NCBI GenBank assembly: GCA_964527645.1 | Contig: CAZGQK010000005.1 | Location: 375-64,374, forward strand | Direction: 5' to 3' | Source: an uncultured Legionellales bacterium | GTDB taxonomy: Bacteria; Pseudomonadota; Gammaproteobacteria; CAZGQK01 | DNA: 64,000 nt | Shown here: piece after piece, positions 41,323 to 50,957 of the stretch | Layout of the letters: each line of letters begins with the position of its first letter | Position numbering within the stretch: position 1 is the first letter of the stretch | Position numbers and translations under genes: made by a program | Notes under the pieces: model-generated | Databases searched by the model: none | Told to the model about the DNA's origin: nothing | Seen by the model: only the letters and a program-made list of their open reading frames with translations

Positions 41323-42663
41323 GTGCGCTCAAAAAAATATTTTGGTACCGATGGCATTCGAGGACAGGTGGGTGGTGAAGTGATTCATCCAGAGTTTATG
41401 TTGAAATTGGGTTGGGCCGCTGGCAAGGTCTTGGCAGAAGAGGGAATGGAGACCCTATTTATTGCAAAAGATACGCGTATTTCAGGAGATATCTTAGAAC
41501 TTGCCTTAATCACCGGCTTAAATGCGGCGGGGATGCAGACAGTAGCTTTGGGTATCTTGCCCACTCCCGCCGTTGCCTTTTTAGCAAAAGATGAGGGTGA
41601 TGCTGCAGGCATTGTCATAAGTGCTTCGCACAATGGTTATCAGGATAATGGTGTTAAGTTTTTTGGTGCAGATGGGATGAAGTTGTCAGATGAAGCTGAA
41701 CTGGCGATTGAAGAAAAATTAGCAGAGTCTTTTTCCTTAGATTCTACTGTGATGTTTGGTAAATCAACAGAAACAGTAGATGCCGCTGCCCGTTATATTG
41801 ATTTTTGCATAAAAACATTTCCCGAAAAATTAAATTTAAAAAAATTAAAGATAGTCGTTGATTGTGCCAACGGTGCGACTTATCAAGTTGCACCTGAAGT
41901 TTTTCGCCGGTTGGAAGCAGAAGTGGTTATTATTGCTAATCAGCCCGATGGCATGAACATTAATGATGGTTGTGGTGCTGTTTATCCGCAATTATTACAA
42001 AAGACAGTTTTGCAGCAACAAGCGGATGTGGGCATAGCTTTAGATGGTGATGGTGATCGTTTGATTATGGTTGATAGTTGTGGTGAAGTTGTTGATGGGG
42101 ATGAGTTGCTCTATATTATTGCCTTAGGTGATGCAAACATTAAAAAGAAAAAAAGAGGCGTAGTGGGTACCGTCATGAGTAACTTAGGTTTAGAACAAGC
42201 GTTGAAAAAAATAGCTGTGCCTTTTAAACGTGCGCCAGTAGGCGATCGTTATGTATTGGCGATGATGCAAGAAAATGACTGGTTGCTGGGAGGTGAACCC
42301 TCTGGGCATATTGTGGATTTACAGTTAACGACAACCGGCGATGGTATTGTCAGTGCGCTTCAGGTATTAAAAGTAATGGTGGAGCAGGAGAAAACTTTAT
42401 CGCAGCTAAAGCAAGGGGTGATTAAGCAACCGAATGTTTTAATTAACGTCACAACAAAACATCGTGTTAACCCGCAAGATTATCCCGAGTTGTTGCAACA
42501 GGTACAAACTTTTGAGCAACAATTGGGGGAGCGTGGTCGCATAGTGTTGCGTCCTTCTGGCACTGAGCCGGTTTTGCGTGTCATGGTTGAAGGTGAGAAC
42601 GAACAGTTGGTGCAAAGTATGGCGCAGGATTTGGCTAGTTTGGTGCGTAAGCTAGTTGGCTAA
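41323..42663 (+). CDS. glmM: phosphoglucosamine mutase
   Basis: YFGTDGIRG, active-site SASHN, DGDGDR, GGEPSGH. GTG start 7 nt after GGAG. 446 aa. Confidence 0.95.
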   Translation: MRSKKYFGTDGIRGQVGGEVIHPEFMLKLGWAAGKVLAEEGMETLFIAKDTRISGDILELALITGLNAAGMQTVALGILPTPAVAFLAKDEGDAAGIVISASHNGYQDNGVKFFGADGMKLSDEAELAIEEKLAESFSLDSTVMFGKSTETVDAAARYIDFCIKTFPEKLNLKKLKIVVDCANGATYQVAPEVFRRLEAEVVIIANQPDGMNINDGCGAVYPQLLQKTVLQQQADVGIALDGDGDRLIMVDSCGEVVDGDELLYIIALGDANIKKKKRGVVGTVMSNLGLEQALKKIAVPFKRAPVGDRYVLAMMQENDWLLGGEPSGHIVDLQLTTTGDGIVSALQVLKVMVEQEKTLSQLKQGVIKQPNVLINVTTKHRVNPQDYPELLQQVQTFEQQLGERGRIVLRPSGTEPVLRVMVEGENEQLVQSMAQDLASLVRKLVG

Positions 42664-42687
42664 GTAGTTTTTTTGGGTAGGTAGGTT

Positions 42688-43290
42688 ATGAAAATTATTA
42701 TTATTGGTGCTTCTGGAACTTTAGGTTCTGCAGTGGTGAAAGCCTTTAATGGGCGCCATGAAATTATTAAAGTTGGTTATTCACGTGGTGATTATTTACT
42801 TGATATTGCTGATGAGATGCAAATAGAAAAATTATTTGAAGCTATTGGTAGTTTTGACGCCTTAATAGCAACGATAGGCAAAGTACATTTTGGTGCATTG
42901 CAGGAAATGGATGTTGATAAATGGATGCTGGGGATTAACAATAAATTAATGGGGCAGGTGAATTTGGTCACTCATGGGCTAAAGCACATTAGCCCAAGCG
43001 GTTCTTTTACATTAACCTCCGGACTGTTAAATCATGATCCTATCGTTGCAGGAACATCGGCTGCGATGATCAATGGTGCTTTAGATGGGTTTGTGACCAG
43101 CGCTGCTATTGAAATGCCAGAACAGGTACGGATCAATATTGTCAGCCCAGCACTATTAGAAGACTCTGTTGATAAATACCGCGATTTCTTTCCAGGTTTT
43201 CCAGCAGTGCCGGCTAAAACGGTGGCGCAGGCGTATGTTAAAAGTGTCGAGGGGAGGCAGACTGGGCAGGTTTATCGTGTCGGTTGGTAG
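42688..43290 (+). CDS. short-chain dehydrogenase/reductase family protein (200 aa)
   Basis: N-terminal Rossmann motif MKIIIIGASGTLGSAV. The size and pattern match small atypical SDRs. Confidence 0.65.
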   Translation: MKIIIIGASGTLGSAVVKAFNGRHEIIKVGYSRGDYLLDIADEMQIEKLFEAIGSFDALIATIGKVHFGALQEMDVDKWMLGINNKLMGQVNLVTHGLKHISPSGSFTLTSGLLNHDPIVAGTSAAMINGALDGFVTSAAIEMPEQVRINIVSPALLEDSVDKYRDFFPGFPAVPAKTVAQAYVKSVEGRQTGQVYRVGW

Positions 43291-43347
43291 AAAGAGCTCT
43301 TTTGCACCCAGACTTTGTTGCGTTATTTTTTTAAAAACATGTCCCTC

Positions 43348-43562
43348 AACTTGACCGTGGGATCCAGGAAGGTCGAAAAAAATTGGATCCCGTGGCTCAA
43401 CCACGGGATGAGGAAGGTGGTTTTATCCAGCATTTGACGCGTAATTCACTTCATACCGGCATACCAGATTCTATTTAGAGCCTACTCTGCACTGTCATCT
43501 CGGACTTTATTTGAGATAAACTCTATACCGTCATCCCGTAACGTGATCGCGGGATCCAGGGC
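43348..43562. repeat. cluster of three REP-like palindromic units (core ATCCCG...CGGGATCCAGG)
   Basis: CCGTGGGATCCAGG (43355-43368). TTGGATCCCGTGG-CTCAA-CCACGGGATGA (43384-43411, 7-bp stem CCCGTGG/CCACGGG). CCGTCATCCCG-TAACGTGATCG-CGGGATCCAGGG (43528-43561). All lie in the 319-bp convergent gap between the SDR gene and the 43610-44533 gene. Confidence 0.6.
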
Positions 43563-43609
43563 TTCTTGTACATTGGCTTTGTTGTAGAAGAATGTCCACT
43601 GCCGTCCTG

Positions 43610-44533
43610 CTATGCTACCGGCAGAGGATCACTCGCGTTTCTTTCGTTAAGTAATGTATGATATTTTTTTAGAAGAGCTTCGTGTTGTTGAAATTGGGAG
43701 TAATGTTCACTATACAAAACTTCAAATTTCTGTTTAACAGCCTCCAATTTAGTTTGTAATTCCTCAAGTTTTAATGCGGTTTCTAAAAAATCTTGAGAAG
43801 TTACGTCTATTTTTTCGCCTGTTGCGCTAAAGTGTGCAATCATTTGTTCTAGTGTATTTTTTATTCTTGTTGTCTCAGTGAGTTGTCTTTGGCTTTGTTT
43901 TAATTGTTGTGCTCTTTGATCCAATAATTCTCTAGATTGATCCAATTGATCTTTGCGTATATTAATTTGGCTGCTTTGTTTTTTTACTTGGTGTTTAAGC
44001 TCCTGGATTAGATCTACTCTTATAGATAATAAGTTTATACTCTTTCTTATAAGCTCAACTTGATGTATAAGCAATAATTTTTGTTTATCAGCCAGTTTAT
44101 CAAGAGGAGATACATGCCAACGATAAGCGGCTGCATCGATCAATATGATAAATGTGAGTGGCAGCCATACTGTAATATTTCTCCAAGACGGAGCAACATC
44201 GTCTTCACCTTTGTCAAATGTAATATAGCCTGTAAAGCAAATGGATCCTAAATTTAAGGCTGCTAAAAGAGCGGTATGATACCATTTATTTAATCGTCCG
44301 GCTGTACTTGTTTCATTAATCTCCTCTTCATTGGCAGTTGCTTCCTCTAAAAAATCGTCGATTTGTCTGTCTATTTGCTCTAGTGCATGCGTCGATGACC
44401 CATCCGATGCACTTGACTCACTGCCGGGGGCAGCAATATTAATGACAGTATTTTCTGATGACCCTTGTTCCCTTTGAGGTTGAAACATACTTCCTCCCAA
44501 TAAGTGGTAATTGCAGTCTGCTTGTTCTGGCAT
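43610..44533 (-). CDS. hypothetical membrane protein: acidic/Ser-rich N-terminus, bilobed hydrophobic hairpin, long C-terminal coiled coil (Inc-like/effector-like)
   Basis: Two adjacent hydrophobic helices (WYHTALLAALNLGSICFTGYITF and ITVWLPLTFIILIDAAAYRW), then about 170 aa of heptad-like Q/K/E/L-rich sequence. Visibly more AT-rich than its neighbours. No family recognised. Confidence 0.5.
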   Translation of the reverse strand: MPEQADCNYHLLGGSMFQPQREQGSSENTVINIAAPGSESSASDGSSTHALEQIDRQIDDFLEEATANEEEINETSTAGRLNKWYHTALLAALNLGSICFTGYITFDKGEDDVAPSWRNITVWLPLTFIILIDAAAYRWHVSPLDKLADKQKLLLIHQVELIRKSINLLSIRVDLIQELKHQVKKQSSQINIRKDQLDQSRELLDQRAQQLKQSQRQLTETTRIKNTLEQMIAHFSATGEKIDVTSQDFLETALKLEELQTKLEAVKQKFEVLYSEHYSQFQQHEALLKKYHTLLNERNASDPLPVA

Positions 44534-44763
44534 GTCATTGCTCTTAGTTAATGGTATTTATTTTTAGTAAACCATAATAAATAAAAAAAGTTTACAGAAA
44601 ACAGTATAGGGGTTCGCAGGGCAAGGTCAAGTGCTTTTGTTTTACAAAAATGATATTTTTATGTGGAATGTTTCGCGGAGAGGGTGTCTTTTTTTTACTA
44701 AAAAGAAAAAAAGTTCATTTTTTAATGCGACGGCTCCTCCGGAGCTATTCGATTGACTAAATT

Positions 44764-46482
44764 TTAATCTTTAATTTTTGTGAAGGGTACATACTCAGGT
44801 TGCCATGAGGCCAAGCGTATGGCTTGTTCTAAATCTGCATCATTATCAATACCAGCAACGCCTTCTTCGCGTGCTTTTTCTGCTACAGCTAGCGCAATTT
44901 TTTGACAAATAGGTAGCACCTCAGTTAAATCGGGCAGTAATGATAGGGTTATGTTTTCCTTAGCGGGGGACTCATTAGCTAAGGTATTGCACGCTGTCCA
45001 AATCATTGCGTCCGTTACCTGTGTTGCTTTGCAGGCAACAACACCAAGCCCAATACCGGGAAAGACATAAGCGTTGTTGCATTGTGCGATTGTATGGCGG
45101 GTACCATTATATTCAACAGGTTTGAAAGGACTGCCGGTGGCGATGATGGCTTTGCCTTGTGACCAATTCAATATATCCTTGGGTTCTGCTTCAGCCAGTG
45201 AAGTTGGGTTGGATAAAGGAAAGATAATGGGGTGCTCGTTATGCTTTGTCATTTCTTTGACAATGGCTTCATTAAAGGCACCGTGTACTGTGGAGCAGCC
45301 AATTAAAAGGGTAGGCTTGGCATTTCTTACTGTATCTAATAATTGAATTTCTTCGGTTTTATCTAATTGCCAGTCAGCTACTTCTTCAGGGTTGCGTGCG
45401 TAGGGTTGTTGAAAATCCAATAAACCTTCTGAATTGGTTAGCAGCAAACCTTGGCGATCAATCAAGTAAAAACACTGACGTGCTTGTTGTTCACTCAAGC
45501 CATGTTGCATCATGGCGGCAGCGATTTGATCGGCGATACCCACGCCAGCTGTGCCAGCGCCAAACATAACCACGCGTTGTTTGGCCAGATCTGCTGCAGA
45601 TGCATTGACGGCAGAGAGCACACAGGCCAACGTAATAGCGCCAGTGCCCTGGATGTCATCATTAAAAGAAGGTAGTGTTTGACGATAACGTTGCAGATTT
45701 TTGTGAGCATTTTCGCGGCCAAAATCTTCCCAATGTAAAAAAGTGCCGGGGAGTTTTTTCATTACTGCTGATACGAACTTATCAATAAATTGATCGTATT
45801 CTTTGCCAGAAATACGTTCATGTCGCCAGCCTAAATAATTGGGATCATCGATGAGTTTTTTATTATTGGTGCCAACGTCAAGTTGTATGGGTAATAGATG
45901 GTTTGGATCAAGGCCGCTGCAGATGGTATAGACCATCAGTTTGGCAATGGAAATATCCATGCCGCCAACACCTTGATCGCCAATGCCCAAAACACCTTCA
46001 CCATCCGTGACTAAAATTAAGTTAACATCTGGGTTTAAACGGTTTTCTAAGATTTTTTCAATTTGATCTTGGTGTGGATAGTCGATATAAAGGCCACGAC
46101 TACGTCTAAATTCCAAGCTGAAATTCTGTACCGCTTCGCCAACGGTGGGAGTATACACAATGGGTAGCATTTCGACTAAATTCTTACTAATTAGCTTGAA
46201 AAATAATACTTCGTTAGAATCATGTAGATTATTTAAAAAGATATTTTTTTCTAAATTAGACTCTATTTGTTGGTACTGTCCGTAGACGCGTTTAATCTGT
46301 TCTTCAATATTTTCAACCCGGTCGGGGAGTTTGCCGGTGAGTTGAAAGGCTTCACGTTCTTTGTTGGTGAAGGCAGAGCCTTTGTTTAACTTGGGCGTGT
46401 TTAGCAATTCGCTGCCACATAGGGAAGTTTCAATGCGTATGCGGTGACCTTTTTTATCGCGCTTTGAATTAAATTTTAGCAT
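44764..46482 (-). CDS. maeA: NAD-dependent malic enzyme
   Basis: LNTPKLNKGSAFTNKEREAFQLTGKLP, VYTPTVGEA, DIQGTGAITLA, FGAGTAGVGIA, FNDD. 572 aa. Confidence 0.93.
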   Translation of the reverse strand: MLKFNSKRDKKGHRIRIETSLCGSELLNTPKLNKGSAFTNKEREAFQLTGKLPDRVENIEEQIKRVYGQYQQIESNLEKNIFLNNLHDSNEVLFFKLISKNLVEMLPIVYTPTVGEAVQNFSLEFRRSRGLYIDYPHQDQIEKILENRLNPDVNLILVTDGEGVLGIGDQGVGGMDISIAKLMVYTICSGLDPNHLLPIQLDVGTNNKKLIDDPNYLGWRHERISGKEYDQFIDKFVSAVMKKLPGTFLHWEDFGRENAHKNLQRYRQTLPSFNDDIQGTGAITLACVLSAVNASAADLAKQRVVMFGAGTAGVGIADQIAAAMMQHGLSEQQARQCFYLIDRQGLLLTNSEGLLDFQQPYARNPEEVADWQLDKTEEIQLLDTVRNAKPTLLIGCSTVHGAFNEAIVKEMTKHNEHPIIFPLSNPTSLAEAEPKDILNWSQGKAIIATGSPFKPVEYNGTRHTIAQCNNAYVFPGIGLGVVACKATQVTDAMIWTACNTLANESPAKENITLSLLPDLTEVLPICQKIALAVAEKAREEGVAGIDNDADLEQAIRLASWQPEYVPFTKIKD

Positions 46483-46889
46483 GTCGACTCCTTGGCTATT
46501 GAGATATTAGTTTATCATATTTTATTCATAGCCTACTAAATTTTTTTGCTAATAGGCGGTAAAGATTAATTGAAAGGAAAAATGACTTATTGCTGCAACC
46601 AGTTTCAATTGCTTGCCAATAAGATGTATGTCATCTTATTGCCTGCCCCCTTTTTGACCAACGCTCCTCGATACCGAGCTGGTGGTACAATGTCAAAAAC
46701 AATATAACTATTAAGAATGGCAATATCAGATGTTAGCTCATTGATTAGATAGCCCAGATTGATGAGCATTTTCGGTAGTAATCGCCCCCCTCTCGATTGA
46801 TTGATATTATAAATTAAATCAAGTTTATCGTAAGCGTAACATCTGACACAGTCTAGACGAGGTTTTCTAATCTGCCATGCTATTGTCTT

Positions 46890-47192
46890 TTGAGTTTCAA
46901 AGGGCTTGACATGACATCAGCTATGAGTACCCCCGAGTGGAAAAAACTCTGTGATCGACATAATCGTTATGGCGGCGAGATTTTTATCTTTTGCATGGTC
47001 AATAACGTTGACCTCAAAGAGTTTGCCATGTGGCACAAGAAGTTAAGTAAGCCATCAAACCACTTTATTCCTGTTGAGCTGCAGCGCGAAGATGTTATGC
47101 CTTTGGCAACCATTGACTTGCCCCAGGGTATCAAGATTCAGATTCACTCCATTGATGCCATGCGATCTATCATACGGGATATCTGCCAATGA
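46890..47192 (+). pseudogene. IS66 orf1 (TnpA accessory protein)-like ORF, probably degenerate
   Basis: ...EWKKLCDRHNRYGGEIFIFCMVNNVDLKEFAMWHKKL...FIPVEL... resembles the HTH-like 'sq..FC...gis...Fy.Wr.kl ... f.pv' pattern of IS66 orf1 proteins. The TTG track start is doubtful. Confidence 0.4.
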
Positions 47193-47252
47193 TCCTGTCC
47201 TTTACCAGTAAGATATGGTTCTATCGTGATATCGTTGATTTCCGCAAACAGT
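47189..47252 (+). pseudogene. IS66 TnpB (orf2) N-terminal fragment
   Basis: See the mobile-element entry. Only about 21 of the expected ~115 codons are recognisable. Confidence 0.5.
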
Positions 47253-47558
47253 TTATTTTCAGGATAATCAAGTTCATAAACATCCATTTCTGTAAATATT
47301 ACATTTTTCAGTTGATATTTATCTTGCAGAATTTGGTTAAATATGAACTTTTATCTATCGCCGTAATTTAAGCCTTAGGGTTGAATTTGGCATGACGATA
47401 AGCAGCATTACCTAAGCGCAACCGACTTCTGTGCTTTGTTAAATTTGAAGTCAGGAATTATGTGAAAGTTGATCAATTATATTAAGACCTTGGAGTCCAT
47501 AAAGAGCATTAAATGCCACATTTCCGTTTTTTTTAATCTACAGGATGGCAAGAAAACC

Positions 47559-48818
47559 TTATTTGATTTGAGATGTTATTGGCTTTGACAAGATAACACC
47601 CAATATTCCTAAAATACAAACTAGCATAACAATATAAGCTGGTGATAAATTATCATTTGTTATGTGAATAAAATAAGTTGCTGCTAAAGGAGTAAGTCCT
47701 CCAAAGATGGCAAAACCAATGTTATAACAAAGTGCCACACCGGAATAACGCACCATCATTGGGAAAAGTGTTGCTAGAAAAGCACTAAAACTTCCTGTTA
47801 TCATGCTGGCGATTATGGATATCACTGTGGCGGTTAAGAAAACATGGTAATTATGCGCCATTGCATAATAGTAAACGTAACTAAAAATGATCAGCAAGCT
47901 GATACCTGTAACCAAAGGCTTTGTGTAACCTGTAAAATCTGCAACCCAACCCCAAAATGCACAACCAGCTGAAAATATAGCTAATGCGGTGAGTGTTATA
48001 AGGGATATTTTGTCGTGTGTGTACAATCCAGTTAATTGCATATATTGAGTAACATATAGATAAATTAGACTTACTAATGCAGCTTGAATTGCAACAATTA
48101 GTGTTCCCGCTATAATGTTGCGAGGGCATGATTTAATTAACGTGAGTAACGGAATTTTAACAACAGAGTCTTCAAACTTTAAATATTGGGGTGATTCTTC
48201 TAATTTTTTTCTTAAAAAATAACTGACAACCGCTAGTAATCCCCCTATCAGAAAAGCAAAACGCCAAGCATTGTTGTGGAATATGCTCGTTTTTAATGCT
48301 AGCCCTAAAGTCATATTAACAAAGTCTGCCAGAAAAATACCCAAATTAATAAAGAGGAATACAATTCCACAGGCTAAAGCAGCCCTTTTTTGGAGATGCT
48401 CAGCAACAAATGTGATTGCGCCTGGAATTTCACCACCGACGGCAACACCTTGGATAATCCTTAGAATAATAAAAATAACAGGCATTGTAAGTCCGTAAGT
48501 ATGATACGAAGGTAAAGCCCCCATGATAAATGTAGCGCTCCCCATGATCACAATAGTTAAGATAAAAGAACGCTTGCGACCATATTTATCACCAAAATGA
48601 CTAAAGATGATGCCACCAATAGGGCGCGCCAGATAGCCAATGGCAAATGCAGCAAATGCTGACATTATACTAAGTAGAGGTGTTTTATTGGGAAAGAAAG
48701 TTTCACCAATGGGTAATGCAAAAACGGCGAAAATAACGAAATCATAAAATTCTAGCATTCCACCGAGGCTAGATAAAAAAATGACTCTCCACTGAGATGA
48801 GGTAACTGAATATTTCAT
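47559..48818 (-). CDS. MFS transporter, metabolite:H+ symporter (MHS; ProP/KgtP/ShiA-like) family
   Basis: GGMLEFYDFVIFAVFA...FGDKYGRKRSF (MFS motif A region) and 12 predicted helices. 419 aa. Markedly AT-rich by eye. Confidence 0.8.
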   Translation of the reverse strand: MKYSVTSSQWRVIFLSSLGGMLEFYDFVIFAVFALPIGETFFPNKTPLLSIMSAFAAFAIGYLARPIGGIIFSHFGDKYGRKRSFILTIVIMGSATFIMGALPSYHTYGLTMPVIFIILRIIQGVAVGGEIPGAITFVAEHLQKRAALACGIVFLFINLGIFLADFVNMTLGLALKTSIFHNNAWRFAFLIGGLLAVVSYFLRKKLEESPQYLKFEDSVVKIPLLTLIKSCPRNIIAGTLIVAIQAALVSLIYLYVTQYMQLTGLYTHDKISLITLTALAIFSAGCAFWGWVADFTGYTKPLVTGISLLIIFSYVYYYAMAHNYHVFLTATVISIIASMITGSFSAFLATLFPMMVRYSGVALCYNIGFAIFGGLTPLAATYFIHITNDNLSPAYIVMLVCILGILGVILSKPITSQIK

Positions 48819-48842
48819 TAAGTTTCATCTTGCCTAAAAAAA

Positions 48843-48919
<77 letters not shown>

Positions 48920-48943
48920 TTTAAAAACCAGGGCGTATCTATT

Positions 48944-50857
48944 CTACGATTCTGATTCTTTTTCTTCAATAAAACTATGCAACTTTTCTGCGCGCATCGG
49001 GTGCCGTAGTTTGCGTAGGGCTTTAGCCTCAATTTGTCGAATACGCTCACGGGTGACATCAAATTGTTTACCCACTTCTTCCAACGTGTGATCGGTATTC
49101 ATATTGATACCAAAGCGCATACGCAGTACCTTTGCTTCTCTCGGCGTAAGGGTTGATAAAATTTCACTGGTTGCTTCTTTTAAGCCTGAGTTAGTGGCAA
49201 ATTCAATCGGTGAGGTGACATTATTATCAACAATAAAATCCCCTAAAGAAGTGTCTTCTTCTTCGCCAATGGGTGTTTCCATGGAAATGGGCTCTTTGGC
49301 GATTTTAAGGACTTTATGGACTTTCTCTTCGGTAAGTTCCATGCGTTGACCTAATTCCTCTGGCGTAGGTTCTTGGCCAGTTTCTTGCAAAATTTGCCGA
49401 GAAATACGATTAAGTTTGTTGATAGTTTCAATCATATGGACAGGGATGCGAATGGTGCGTGCTTGATCAGCAATCGAGCGGGTAATGGCTTGACGGATCC
49501 ACCATGTGGCATAAGTTGAGAATTTGTAGCCACGTCGATATTCAAATTTGTCGACTGCCTTCATGAGACCGATGTTGCCCTCTTGAATTAAATCTAAAAA
49601 TTGTAAACCTCTGTTTGTATATTTTTTTGCAATGGAAATAACCAGGCGTAGATTTGCCTCAATCATATCTTTTTTGGCACGTCGTGCTTTAGCTTCACCG
49701 ATGGAAACGCGTCGGTGAATTTCTTTGATGTCGCCAATGGTTAAATCCTCTTGCGCTTCAATGGCGGCAAGTTTGCGTTGGCCACGAAGAATTTCTTTGC
49801 GGAAGGATTCTAGCTGCTGTGCTTTTTCTTTGTGCATTCCTTTGTATTCATCCAACCATTTTGAATTCGTTTCATTATGCATAAAAGAATTAAGAAAGGA
49901 TTTTCTGGGAGTTTTAGCTTTCTTGACACATAAATTAAAAATAATACGCTCATTTTTTCGAGAAGAGTGGAGTAGCGTTTTTATTTTCTGTATTTGACGA
50001 TTGAATTGTTTAACACTAAGTTTAAATTGCATGAAATGTTCGGAAATATTTTTTTGGTGTTTAAGCGTGTTGGCATGTTTGCGACCATATTTTTTCAATG
50101 CATTAACATAACGCTTTTGCAGTTTGCGCAGCTTGACCATTTTTTTTTGTACTAAAACAAGATCGGGGCCAGTGTCAAAGCTATCTGTGTCATCAGTGCT
50201 ACCATTTCCATTACCGTTGCTGCCACTGCCACTGCCACTGTCACTGCCTTCGCCGCCTTCACTTTTTTTGTCTTCAGATTTTTTAGCTTTATTTTGTTGC
50301 GCTTGCTGTGCCGCTTTTTTATGTGCCATGGCTTCGCTTGGTTTTTTCATCATTTCGTCGTCATAAAAACCCGTTAATAGATCGGTGATGCGGCCTTCAT
50401 TTTCAATGATATAATCGTATTCAGTTAAAACCGAATCGACGATGGTAGGGTAGAGAACAAAAGAAGATAACGCTTGTCGCATGCCTTCTTCAATGCGGCG
50501 GGCAATAACAATTTCTCCCTCGCGAGTTAGTAGTTCTACCGTACCCATCTCACGCATGTACATGCGCACAGGATCTGTGGTGCGTGTTTCGCTCGCTAGC
50601 ATCTCGGCGACTTCTTCGGTATTAATCTCGGTTGAAGATGTGGAAGGGAGATTGAGCATGTTGTCGTCGGGTGGGACCTCGTAGACTTTTATGCCGATGG
50701 TTTCAAAGTACTCAATAAATTTGTTAAGATGGTCGGTGTCAACGGTCGGTGTTAACTTTTCAAAATCTTGATAGACCAGATAACCTTTGCGTTTGCCTTC
50801 TTCGGCCAATAGTTTGAAAGGGCGGTCTGTTTCACTTGGTTTCTTAGCTGCTGCCAC
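48944..50857 (-). CDS. rpoD: RNA polymerase sigma-70 factor RpoD
   Basis: [68 protein letters not shown] and [20 protein letters not shown]. 637 aa, with a low-complexity insert [20 protein letters not shown] in the non-conserved region. Confidence 0.97.
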   Translation of the reverse strand: MAAAKKPSETDRPFKLLAEEGKRKGYLVYQDFEKLTPTVDTDHLNKFIEYFETIGIKVYEVPPDDNMLNLPSTSSTEINTEEVAEMLASETRTTDPVRMYMREMGTVELLTREGEIVIARRIEEGMRQALSSFVLYPTIVDSVLTEYDYIIENEGRITDLLTGFYDDEMMKKPSEAMAHKKAAQQAQQNKAKKSEDKKSEGGEGSDSGSGSGSNGNGNGSTDDTDSFDTGPDLVLVQKKMVKLRKLQKRYVNALKKYGRKHANTLKHQKNISEHFMQFKLSVKQFNRQIQKIKTLLHSSRKNERIIFNLCVKKAKTPRKSFLNSFMHNETNSKWLDEYKGMHKEKAQQLESFRKEILRGQRKLAAIEAQEDLTIGDIKEIHRRVSIGEAKARRAKKDMIEANLRLVISIAKKYTNRGLQFLDLIQEGNIGLMKAVDKFEYRRGYKFSTYATWWIRQAITRSIADQARTIRIPVHMIETINKLNRISRQILQETGQEPTPEELGQRMELTEEKVHKVLKIAKEPISMETPIGEEEDTSLGDFIVDNNVTSPIEFATNSGLKEATSEILSTLTPREAKVLRMRFGINMNTDHTLEEVGKQFDVTRERIRQIEAKALRKLRHPMRAEKLHSFIEEKESES

Positions 50858-50957
50858 TTTAGTTCCCCGCTGATAGTTTGCTCAATTACCGCAAAAACGT
50901 GCCATTATAAACTTAAGTTCGATCTTATGCCATCTTCTCCTTATTATAGCTTATGCA

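Larger units (their letters stand above)
46830..47252 (+). mobile_element. IS66-family insertion sequence remnant (left end only)
   Basis: GTAAGCG at 46830 is the characteristic IS66 terminal repeat start. It is followed by a TnpA/orf1-like ORF and, via an ATGA overlap, the first ~21 codons of a TnpB/orf2-like ORF (MILSFTSKIWFYRDIVDFRKQ, cf consensus MI...riw....vDmRk). Similarity then breaks off. No tnpC and no right end. Confidence 0.55.

Noticed and set aside
46483-46889. Searched for a direct repeat of the tRNA-Ile 3' end (TGGTGGGCCCACGAGG...) that would mark the far border of a tRNA-integrated island. Also noted a 9-bp-stem hairpin AATAAGATG-TATGT-CATCTTATT near 46617-46639
   Set aside because: Only a 6-nt match (TGGTGG) was found, which is not significant. 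The hairpin is upstream of maeA and has no U-tract or recognisable function.
47255-47372. Minus-strand frame ...FIFNQILQDKYQLKNVIFTEMDVYELDYPENK..., reminiscent of a SAM-methyltransferase fragment, adjacent to the IS66 truncation point
   Set aside because: It is short, lacks a plausible start, and its continuation is simply the antisense of the tnpB fragment. The resemblance is too weak to call without a database search.
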